From Candidatus Methanosuratincola thermotaenarum (GTDB lineage Archaea > Thermoproteota > Methanomethylicia > Methanomethylicales > Methanomethylicaceae): a stretch of DNA of 49,068 bases. The stretch is taken from the NCBI GenBank assembly GCA_038801655.1, contig JAULTB010000001.1:1-49068 (forward strand), written 5' to 3'. A model generated the notes under the pieces. The model searched no databases and was not told where the DNA came from. It saw nothing but the letters and a program-made list of their open reading frames with translations. Below, piece after piece: positions 1-6,874 of this stretch (positions are counted from its first letter, which is position 1; every line of letters begins with the position of its first letter). Both the position numbers and the translations under genes were made by a program.

Positions 1-474
1 AGCCCCTTGGAGTGCAGCTGTGTACGCCGCAAAATTGAAAGATATTATGGTGAAGAGGATGGAGACCAAAACAAGCACAAGAAAGATCCTCTTCCTGGAG
101 CAGCTTTTGATCAGGTAAGCTCTGGCGAACTCGAATGCCATTATGCTTGTCCCGAAGAAGGCTGTGTTAACGAGAATAAAAATTGGGGCAAGCGAAAAGG
201 GGGTCTTCCCGAACCCCATGAAGAATCCTGTCGAAATTAAGGCAGCAAGTTGGAGCGCTGCCAAATACAGGGCGTTGATAATCACCCTCTTATTTAGCCT
301 GAATGATGCCAGGTCTCCCGCATTCGCCCGCTTGTCCATCAGTATGAGAGCCGCCGTCACGGCTGCCCACACAATAACACTGGCCAAATAATACTGCATC
401 TCGGGCAGGAATCGGCCTAAAGCGCTCACTGCTGCGTAACTGCCCAGCACCATTACCAAAGCAACTAACCACAT
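1..474 (-). CDS. Polytopic membrane protein, N-terminal part (gene runs off the left edge); absent from the supplied ORF track
   Basis: The reverse-strand frame ending at nt 1 has no stop from nt 507 to nt 1. The only start codon in it is the ATG at 474-472. The translation MWLVALVMVLGSYAAVSALGRF...VIVWAAVTAALILM...LYLAALQLAALISTGFFMGF...IFILVNTAFFGTSIMAFEFARAYLI...IFLVLVLVSILFTIISF shows at least 4-5 hydrophobic helices. Track ORFs 7..240(+), 143..391(+) and 290..538(-) look like shadows of this frame. Confidence 0.55.
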   Translation of the reverse strand, partial: MWLVALVMVLGSYAAVSALGRFLPEMQYYLASVIVWAAVTAALILMDKRANAGDLASFRLNKRVIINALYLAALQLAALISTGFFMGFGKTPFSLAPIFILVNTAFFGTSIMAFEFARAYLIKSCSRKRIFLVLVLVSILFTIISFNFAAYTAALQGA

Positions 475-511
475 TGCCGCCCACCCTTCTGTCGCATTCC
501 ATATGCCCTAT

Positions 512-527
512 AAAAAAAAGAAAAAAA
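512..527 (-). terminator. Oligo-T tract (T7-C-T8 on the minus strand), archaeal-type terminator after the secreted-protein pair
   Basis: The plus strand reads A8-G-A7 at 512-527, 17 nt downstream of the stop of the 544..1209 gene. The adjoining TTTTATAGGG (506-515, minus strand) could double as a TATA box about 30 nt upstream of the ATG at 474. Confidence 0.45.
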
Positions 528-543
528 GTTGTGTCCAACTCAT

Positions 544-1209
544 TCAGCTAGGTTGAGTGTATTGGGTAGGCCACTGGGACTCGTTCCACTGGACCGCGTA
601 TAGCCTTATCTTGTACTGCAGCGTGGCGCCCTCTGGTGCGGTCTGGAGCACGTGCACCCACCAGCTGTACTCATTCGAGCGATCGCCTGGGTGTATCTGC
701 TCCCCAAGTTCGTCTAGCCAAAGTATCTCGATGTCCGGAAGCCCGTCGCCAGTAAGGTCGACTGCAAAGTCCTCGAGTTTTGTGTTCGGATAGGTGTAGT
801 TGACTATCAGGTTCCCTTCCCCGTCGTAGAACTCGATGTATTCGATGTGTATCGGCACAGTCCCGGTGTTTCGGAAGTAAACCGAGAACATTGCCAGGTA
901 GCATGGGTAAGTGTTGTTCATTGTGAAGGTGGCCGACATCCCGTCATCCGCTATCACGCAGTACGTATGGCCCACATCTTTTCCTTCAGGCACGACGAAA
1001 CTGTCCCCTTCGAACCCTGGCATGATAGACCTGTCGGACTGATTCCCGCCGTCGGAAGTGAACTGATCTACTATCTTCCACTCCAGGTAACCGGTATTCA
1101 CAGTTCCATCCACGTACAGTGTTTGGAACCAAAGCCCGTAGGTCAACGAGAATGCAAAGAGCGCAACGACCAGCGCAGCAGGAATCAGCACCAGCTTCTT
1201 GTCAGTCAT
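544..1209 (-). CDS. Secreted or cell-surface protein with TasA/SipW-like N-terminal signal, paralogue B
   Basis: 221 aa. The N-terminus MTDKKLVLIPAALVVALFAFSLTYGLWFQTLYVDGTVNTG has a charged n-region, a hydrophobic helix and a conserved block. It shares YGLWFQ-L-V-GTV-TG, N-x-YPC, NTGT-P, Q-HPG and V-QWNE with the upstream gene. N-x-S/T sequons are present (NQS, NNT, NYT, NES). A GAGGTG Shine-Dalgarno lies 7-8 nt upstream and overlaps the stop of the previous gene. Confidence 0.75.
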   Translation of the reverse strand: MTDKKLVLIPAALVVALFAFSLTYGLWFQTLYVDGTVNTGYLEWKIVDQFTSDGGNQSDRSIMPGFEGDSFVVPEGKDVGHTYCVIADDGMSATFTMNNTYPCYLAMFSVYFRNTGTVPIHIEYIEFYDGEGNLIVNYTYPNTKLEDFAVDLTGDGLPDIEILWLDELGEQIHPGDRSNEYSWWVHVLQTAPEGATLQYKIRLYAVQWNESQWPTQYTQPS

Positions 1210-1220
1210 TTAAGCCCACC

Positions 1221-1850
1221 TCATTCGCCTTGACCATCAAGCCATTCTTCGTTGCTGCCATATCCTGCTGGCGGCTCGGTCGGCCACTCGTTCCACTGCT
1301 CGACGACTACCTTGAAGGTGAAGGTGTATGTTGCGTTCTCCTCAGCGTCGTTGGTCAGGTGAATGGCAAAGACTCCCCATGCAGACTCTCCTGGGTGCAC
1401 CTGGGTCCCATTCTCTATGAACATCTTTTCACTGATTTCTGGGTGCTGTTCAGGCAATTCGATTAAACCCAAGAATTCGTCGTCCCACGGGACAAATTCC
1501 ACGGTGCCTGGGAAGTCATCAGTCACGAGCGATGCATCATAGATCTTCCACGGGATTGTGCCGGTGTTCGTCAAGTCGATAAGCGCATAGTACCAGATGC
1601 AAGGATATGCGTTTTCGACTGTTACATAGAGTGTGTACGGATCATTCCCTTCTGTGATTGTGATGTTGCTATAGTCCTTCCCGGGCGGTTCGGTGTCCCA
1701 TGCCGGGTGTATGCTCCACTGCGCGTCGAGGGTGCCAGTATAGACGGTACCGTATACTTCTAGCGCCTGGAACCAAAGCCCGTAAGTCACTCCGAGCATA
1801 AGTACGGTCGCTAGAGATACTCCTAGTATTACTCCCATTTTACTTTTCAT
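1221..1850 (-). CDS. Secreted or cell-surface protein with TasA/SipW-like N-terminal signal, paralogue A
   Basis: 209 aa. The N-terminus is MKSKMGVILGVSLATVLMLGVTYGLWFQALEVYGTVYTGTLDAQW, and the same conserved blocks as in 544..1209 are present (NAYPC, NTGTIP, QVHPG, VEQWNE). Sequons are NIT, NGT and NAT. A GGAGATGAT Shine-Dalgarno lies 5 nt upstream of the ATG. Confidence 0.75.
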   Translation of the reverse strand: MKSKMGVILGVSLATVLMLGVTYGLWFQALEVYGTVYTGTLDAQWSIHPAWDTEPPGKDYSNITITEGNDPYTLYVTVENAYPCIWYYALIDLTNTGTIPWKIYDASLVTDDFPGTVEFVPWDDEFLGLIELPEQHPEISEKMFIENGTQVHPGESAWGVFAIHLTNDAEENATYTFTFKVVVEQWNEWPTEPPAGYGSNEEWLDGQGE

Positions 1851-2245
1851 TTTTTATCATCTCCTATGTCGGGGCATTTATAGTCGGGTGACTCAGGCAC
1901 CCCCGATTTTATGCCTGGTCGAATCTAATATTATATACCGTCATTAATAAAAAATAACGTATTATTTTTTCTTACAAATAATCAGTATTAAAAATACTTA
2001 CTTCAGGTACTTTAACAGCGGTTTGAATTGGTTGCAGCCGTTTTGGGGAAAATTTACACCGGAGAAAACAATATTGGTTTTGCCGAGGCTTTGCTGCAAA
2101 AGGTAGCCGCAGCTTCGTTGGCACAGCTTATGTGCCTGGGATTTGACTGACCTGATTCCCTGCTGAGGCCGCCGCACTCCAACTGTCTGATTATGAGTTT
2201 AATTGGCGCCCCCCAAACGCTTGTGCACCCATTCCGGGGATTGCG

Positions 2246-2333
2246 TGGTGCGGGGAGTGGGATTCGAACCCACGAAGGCCTTCGCCACAAGGTCCTGAGC
2301 CTTGCGCCTTTGACCTGACTTGGCGATCCCCGC
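2246..2333 (-). tRNA. tRNA-Leu (anticodon CAG) with long variable arm; CCA apparently encoded
   Basis: The reverse complement reads GCGGGGA-TC-GCC-AAGTCAGGTCAAA-GGC-G-CAAGG-CTCAGGA-CCTTG-variable arm (CGAA-GGCC-TTCG)-GTGGG-TTCGAAT-CCCAC-TCCCCGC-A-CCA. It has a 7-bp acceptor stem, a T-loop TTCGAAT, and CAG in a 7-nt anticodon loop. The mature body is 2249-2333 and the CCA is at 2246-2248. Confidence 0.93.
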
Positions 2334-2345
2334 CTGCCCTACTAA

Positions 2346-2367
2346 TTTTATAAGAGTCACATATATT
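2346..2367. promoter_or_regulatory. Divergent TATA elements for the IMPase gene (+) and tRNA-Leu (-)
   Basis: TTTTATAA at 2346-2353 lies 25-32 nt upstream of the ATG at 2378, which suggests a leaderless or short-leader mRNA. AATATATG on the minus strand (2367-2360) lies about 30 nt upstream of the tRNA 5' end at 2333. Confidence 0.35.
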
Positions 2368-2377
2368 CTTAACAGGT

Positions 2378-3223
2378 ATGAATTTGGAACTCCTGAAAGG
2401 CATCTGCAGGTCTGCACTCTCCGCGATATCTGGATTCTCAGCGCAGTCGCCCCCGTCCTCGCTCTGCGAGGTCGTGAAGAGGGGGGCAAGCGGCGACCTG
2501 ACCAAGAGGATAGACAAGGTGGCGGAGGACGCCGCGGTCTCCTATCTCGAGTCCGCCGGCTTCAGGGGGAGCCTGCTCAGCGAGGAGCTGGGCGTAAAGC
2601 GCTTCGGCGGCGAGGATTACCCGCTCGTGGTCCTTGATCCGGTCGATGGGACAACTAACGCGACGCGCGGGATCGCCCTCTACTCGATCTCGGCAGCCAT
2701 AGCCATGGGGCCGCGACTCTCGGACGTCGAGTCCGCGGTCGTGATGGAGATCCCCTCGGGGAGAGCCTTCTGGGCGGAGAGGGGTTCTGGTGCCTTCCTT
2801 GACGGGGTGCGGATAAGGGTCAACGAAGGGGTGGAAGTGCCAAAGTCGCTGGCTGGACTTGACTTCAATGTGCGGGGCAACAGGGAGAAGGTCTATGAGG
2901 TGCTGCCCGTACTCCTCTCTGTGAAGCACATGAGGAACCTCGGGTCTGCGGCCCTCGGACTATGCTACACCGCATCCGGCGCCCTTGACTTCTACTTGGA
3001 CAACCGCCGCCTCCTTCGGGTCACGGACATCGCCGCCTCTGTCCTCATACTCAGGGAGGCGGGAGCAAAGGTTTTGGACCTGGAGGGGAAAGACCTGTAC
3101 TGCACTCTCGACCTTGCTGAGCGGGTGGAGCTGATTGCTGGGTGCGAAAAGGTCTGCAGGGAGGTCGTTTCCCTGATCAGAAGGAATTCGCGCCCAAAAG
3201 CCTGGAAAATGTTCAGTCCTTGA
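2378..3223 (+). CDS. suhB: Inositol monophosphatase / fructose-1,6-bisphosphatase family protein
   Basis: 281 aa. It carries the IMPase metal-binding motif LDPVDGTTNATRGI, an upstream ...DLTKRIDKVAEDAAVSYL block and a C-terminal VTDIAAS (WD-x-AA-like) block. Confidence 0.8.
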   Translation: MNLELLKGICRSALSAISGFSAQSPPSSLCEVVKRGASGDLTKRIDKVAEDAAVSYLESAGFRGSLLSEELGVKRFGGEDYPLVVLDPVDGTTNATRGIALYSISAAIAMGPRLSDVESAVVMEIPSGRAFWAERGSGAFLDGVRIRVNEGVEVPKSLAGLDFNVRGNREKVYEVLPVLLSVKHMRNLGSAALGLCYTASGALDFYLDNRRLLRVTDIAASVLILREAGAKVLDLEGKDLYCTLDLAERVELIAGCEKVCREVVSLIRRNSRPKAWKMFSP

Positions 3224-3488
3224 CCTGCTCGAGGATGCTTATCGCCTGCCAGATTGCCGTCCTGGCGAATAGCGGCATGTTCGGGTCCTGGCCGCACTCC
3301 TCGAGTATGCTGATCGCGTTCGCAGCCTTGACAGCGTCAGAGTATGTCTTCCCCTGCAGTGCCTTCATCGCTTCAGAGGCCGCCCTCCTTATGTTCCGGG
3401 GGACCCCGTTGTCGTCTGCTATCCTCTGGAGTACATTGATTGCTTGGGCCATCTTGTCACTGCTCATTTCGAACCACCTTTTCAGCAA
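3213..3488 (-). CDS. UPF0147 family protein (conserved archaeal, unknown function)
   Basis: About 84-91 aa. It has the characteristic blocks VPRNIRRAASEA, AISILEE and DPNMPLFARTAIW. The real start is probably the internal MSSDK (ATG at 3467), which lies about 27 nt from the shared TATA. Confidence 0.75.
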   Translation of the reverse strand: MLKRWFEMSSDKMAQAINVLQRIADDNGVPRNIRRAASEAMKALQGKTYSDAVKAANAISILEECGQDPNMPLFARTAIWQAISILEQVKD

Positions 3489-3502
3489 ATAGGCATATAA
3501 TC
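3489..3502. promoter_or_regulatory. Bidirectional TATA module ATAGGCATATAATC between the UPF0147 (-) and UPF0148 (+) genes
   Basis: This is the AT-rich core of the 36-nt divergent spacer. It sits about 25-35 nt from the likely start codons on both sides (ATG 3467 on minus, ATG 3534 on plus). An identical 14-mer recurs at 4702-4715. Confidence 0.45.
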
Positions 3503-3524
3503 CTCCTTATTACCTTTATTCTGT

Positions 3525-3887
3525 GTGGTTTTCATGAGCGCCAGGGACTCGCAGGTCAAGCGCATGGCTGACCTACTCCGCGAAGGGGCGACGATGCTCT
3601 CCCAGGCATGCCCTGAGTGCAAGACCCCCCTTTTCCGCCTCTCCAGCGGCGAGGTGGTCTGCCCAGGGTGCAACAAGCGTGTGGTCTTCGCCAAACCCTC
3701 CGAGACAGAGAGGGTGGCATCACAATCGATAGTTGCTTCGAGCCTCGAGGAGGTGCTGATTGAAAAGATCTCCGAGTTACAGTCCAGCCTCCGTATGTCA
3801 AAAGACGTCTCTGAGATCGAGCGGTATGTAAAGGTCCTCTCCTCGCTCTTTGACCTTCTCGAGAAGGTACGGATAACAAAGCGCTAG
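3525..3887 (+). CDS. UPF0148 / SSSCA1 (autoantigen p27)-like zinc-ribbon protein
   Basis: MADLLREGATMLSQACPECKTPLFRLSSGEVVCPGCNKRV gives a C-x2-C...C-x2-C ribbon after an LL-x-G-x-ML helix, followed by a C-terminal helical tail. The likely true start is the ATG at 3534. Confidence 0.7.
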   Translation: MVFMSARDSQVKRMADLLREGATMLSQACPECKTPLFRLSSGEVVCPGCNKRVVFAKPSETERVASQSIVASSLEEVLIEKISELQSSLRMSKDVSEIERYVKVLSSLFDLLEKVRITKR

Positions 3888-3914
3888 GATTGCACTGGGT
3901 CGGGCGTGGACGGG

Positions 3915-4673
3915 CTACTCCGGATCCCCGTCCTGCTTCCCCACATCAGGGGGTCTTGCCTTGTAGCCCCCATAGGGCGTGGATGCGACCTCCCTGATCC
4001 TCCTCGCCTTCTTAGGTCCGATCTTCTCTACCCTCTTGAGTTCCTCCTCGCTGGCTGAGAAGACTGCCTGAACTGTCCCGAACTCAGCCAGGAGCCTCCT
4101 TGCAGTCGAGACCTCGACCATGGGGAGGCTGGCCACGACATACTCCTTCTCCTCATCCGGTGTCCTGGGGCGCCTCCTGTCCTTCAGGCTGATCGAGAAG
4201 CCTGCCTGCCTCTGCTCCCTCCTGGCAACCGCGAGTATGAATCCTGCCGCGTCCTCAGGACCTTCCGCGGTGATCACAGGGATCCCAAAGTCAAGGACCA
4301 TGCTCGCGACTGCGCCCCTGATCGCCTCCCTGGAGACCCCGATCTCCGCACTACCGCCCATCTCCAGGAGGATTATCGGTCTGGGGTAGCACTCCCTGAG
4401 CGCCTGAGCCTGCGAGAAGAGCCTCCTGTCCACAATGGACGCCGCAAGGTCCGCGTACGACTTCCTCTCTATCGCGACCTCTTCCGAGACGACATAGTCC
4501 CCGACCTTGAGCGTCCTGTACTCGATCTTCACGCCTAGCGCAGCCAGAGCCCTGGCGGTCTGGGACGGCGCCTCCCTCCGATCCACAATCACCTCTAACG
4601 CGCCGTTGCCAGTCCCCTTCCCCTTCAAGAACTTCAGGAGCGTCTCTCCGTGCCTCTCAGCACCAGAGGGCAA
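3915..4673 (-). CDS. ERCC4-type structure-specific nuclease (short XPF/Hef-nuclease form, no helicase domain)
   Basis: 252 aa. The ERCC4 motif is VGDYVVS..VAIERKSYADLAASIVDRRLFSQ. The C-terminus has tandem helix-hairpin-helix repeats (LPMVEVSTARRLLAEFGTVQAVFSASEEELKRVEKIGPKKARRI). Confidence 0.85.
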   Translation of the reverse strand: MPSGAERHGETLLKFLKGKGTGNGALEVIVDRREAPSQTARALAALGVKIEYRTLKVGDYVVSEEVAIERKSYADLAASIVDRRLFSQAQALRECYPRPIILLEMGGSAEIGVSREAIRGAVASMVLDFGIPVITAEGPEDAAGFILAVARREQRQAGFSISLKDRRRPRTPDEEKEYVVASLPMVEVSTARRLLAEFGTVQAVFSASEEELKRVEKIGPKKARRIREVASTPYGGYKARPPDVGKQDGDPE

Positions 4674-4701
4674 AATGCCTCACCGGGAAGATCTCGATGG
4701 G

Positions 4702-4715
4702 ATAGGCATATAATC
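4702..4715. promoter_or_regulatory. Bidirectional TATA module ATAGGCATATAATC between the XPF-like (-) and tmk (+) genes
   Basis: It is the only AT-rich element in the 64-nt divergent spacer. It lies 25 nt upstream of the ATG at 4738 and about 30-35 nt from the ATG at 4673 on the other strand. It is identical to 3489-3502. Confidence 0.45.
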
Positions 4716-4737
4716 GGATCGCCCCAGATCTGATCCC

Positions 4738-5346
4738 ATGCCCGATCTCAAGAGGGGTGCATTCATCGCACTGGAGGGCGTGGACGGCGCAGGATCGTCG
4801 ACTCAGACCCGACTCCTAGTCGACCTGCTGGTGGAAAAGGGCTTCAGGGCTGTCGCGACAAAGGAGCCCAACCCAGGCGGTTTCATCGAGCCTGCCATCA
4901 GGCTCTCGCTTGCCCAGCCTTCCGGATCGCCTGTTGTTGACGCCCTGCTGTTCGCGGCTGACCGCGCCGACCACGTTGAGCGCCTGATAAGGCCCGCGCT
5001 AGCGGACCGCAAGATAGTGGTTTCGGACCGTTACCTCGAGTCCTCCATAGCCTACCAGTGCGCACAGGGGCTCGATGAGAGGTGGATCCTCGCGATCAAC
5101 AAGCACGCGCTAAAGCCGGACCTCACCATAATAATGGACATTGATCCCGAGGTGTCCCTCAAGAGGAAGGGATCTCCCAGGGAGCGGTACGAGAATTCTG
5201 ATTTTCTCAAGAGGGTGCGGGAGAAGTTCCTGGAGAGGGCTGAGAGGAAGGGATACGAGGTCGTGGACGCATCCAAGCCGGTCGAAGAGGTCCATTCGGA
5301 AATCGTCAGGAAGGTCCTCCCGCTGCTCGTCTCGGTTGTATCTTAA
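4738..5346 (+). CDS. tmk: Thymidylate kinase
   Basis: 202 aa. It has the P-loop IALEGVDGAGSSTQ, DRYLESSIAYQ, and a lid region with basic residues (KRKGSPRERYE). Confidence 0.88.
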   Translation: MPDLKRGAFIALEGVDGAGSSTQTRLLVDLLVEKGFRAVATKEPNPGGFIEPAIRLSLAQPSGSPVVDALLFAADRADHVERLIRPALADRKIVVSDRYLESSIAYQCAQGLDERWILAINKHALKPDLTIIMDIDPEVSLKRKGSPRERYENSDFLKRVREKFLERAERKGYEVVDASKPVEEVHSEIVRKVLPLLVSVVS

Positions 5347-5395
5347 CTAAGTCGCCAATGTTAAGTTCGGTTTCTATCCGTTCTGAACCGAGCGG

Positions 5396-6658
5396 TCAGT
5401 AGGAGATCCTTGCGGACTCCGGCAGGCGCCCGAGTATCTTCTCGGATGCCTCCTTCACCCTGTCCCTGTCCCCCTCATACGTGTAGACCCTGACTATGTT
5501 CATGAATCCCTTCAGCACCTCTATTATCTTCGAGATCTTCGTCGCCTTCAGCACGCACTTGCCCGCGGCGTCGACCACCGGTATCTCCATGGGGTCCAGG
5601 GAGAGCTTGTGGAAGTATGGTATTGACGGGAGCGAAGGGGTGTCTATGAAGACGCTCGAGGGCGGTATCCCTGCCAAGTCAGCTATCTCGGACTCGACTT
5701 CTTTCCTTATCCCGTCTAGGCTGAAGAGCCCCGAGATGGCCTTGTCCTCAGCCTGGAGCTCCCTCTCGTAAGCGCACTTGAGGAGCCGCCTGGACTCTAG
5801 GTCCCTTATTATCTGCGTGGACTTTTCGCACCTCTTCAGATCCGCCCAGACGCTGTAGTCATCCAGCTCGAGGTACTCTTCCGGGATCTTGAAGCTGCAG
5901 AGCCCGAGCTCCTCCTCCGCCGCCTCAAGTGCCCTAACCAGTAGGATCTGGGCAGATCTCGCGGTCTTGTGGTAGTATATCGCCCTGAACGACTCTATCC
6001 TCGCTATCAGGAAAGCCTCGAGGGCAGCGAGCGCAGAGCTGTCCACTACGAGTGTGTCGTCGACAACGTCCATCTTGTAGATCAGCCTGTATATGTCGAT
6101 CTTTCCGTACTCTGCGCCCGTGTGGTGCGTGTCCCTGGAGAGGAAGTCCATCTTGTCGACGTCTACGGCGCTCGAGATTATCTGGTTCATGAAAGGTCTT
6201 GCTTTCTGATCCCTGCCTACTGCTAGGTCTGCTACCTCGTCCGGGCTGAAGCCGTGCTTGGAGATTATGTCGCTCAGCTCGGTCCCCCTCACGATCCAGG
6301 GGGTGAGGTCCTCGTGGGTCTTGTTCAGCCTCTTCATCAGGACCTGCTCGAAGGTATGCGAGAATGGTCCGTGCCCTAGGTCGTGGCAGAGACCTGCCAG
6401 CCTGATCCTTTGGATCTCGTCTTTGTCCATCCCGATCGGGAGCGCCTTTCCGAGCAGTCCTGCGAGGTGCATCACCCCGACCGAGTGTTCGAACCTTGTG
6501 TGGTTAGCCCCGGGGTAGACATAGTCCGCGAAGACGAGCTGCTTGATCCTCCTGAGCCTCTGGAGCGGCAGGGTGTCGATCACCTCCTTTTCGGTCTCGG
6601 TGATGTGGACGTAGCCGTGGACCGGATCCTTTATCATCCCCCAGGGTCTCTCCATCAT
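5396..6658 (-). CDS. HD-domain phosphohydrolase (dNTP triphosphohydrolase / SAMHD1-like)
   Basis: Motifs are HTRFEHSVGVMHLA and LAGLCHDLGHGPFSH (an H...HD...D arrangement). The true start is probably MIKDPVHGYV (ATG at 6637), about 33 nt downstream of an ATATTTTTTT element. Confidence 0.8.
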   Translation of the reverse strand: MMERPWGMIKDPVHGYVHITETEKEVIDTLPLQRLRRIKQLVFADYVYPGANHTRFEHSVGVMHLAGLLGKALPIGMDKDEIQRIRLAGLCHDLGHGPFSHTFEQVLMKRLNKTHEDLTPWIVRGTELSDIISKHGFSPDEVADLAVGRDQKARPFMNQIISSAVDVDKMDFLSRDTHHTGAEYGKIDIYRLIYKMDVVDDTLVVDSSALAALEAFLIARIESFRAIYYHKTARSAQILLVRALEAAEEELGLCSFKIPEEYLELDDYSVWADLKRCEKSTQIIRDLESRRLLKCAYERELQAEDKAISGLFSLDGIRKEVESEIADLAGIPPSSVFIDTPSLPSIPYFHKLSLDPMEIPVVDAAGKCVLKATKISKIIEVLKGFMNIVRVYTYEGDRDRVKEASEKILGRLPESARISY

Positions 6659-6874
6659 TCATCCCGAAAAAAATATCGATCTGTGATGTCTTAACCTTTG
6701 CCATCCTACCGACCGAATTTCGGCGTGTAATGCCTGAATTAAGTACATCATGTACGTGCACTTCCAAAAACCCGTAATCCGTTGATTGATTCACGCATGT
6801 ATGATCTGCCTGATACCGCTGGGCAGGCCCATCTAACATGATGCGGGAAGCCCGTGGTCCTCAGGGTGGGCCGC

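Noticed and set aside
7-538. Track ORFs 7..240(+), 143..391(+) and 290..538(-)
   Set aside because: Their translations are low-complexity or charged and have no motifs. A different reverse-strand frame (474 to 1) is open throughout and encodes a convincing multi-TM protein, so these are best explained as shadow frames of that gene.
6741-6763. Palindromic string AAGTACATCATGTACGTGCACTT between the AcnX operon and the HD-hydrolase gene, considered as a regulator site
   Set aside because: It sits right after the T5 tract that probably terminates the upstream operon, about 100 nt from the HD gene start. It is a single occurrence with no second copy, so I cannot distinguish a terminator-associated hairpin from chance.
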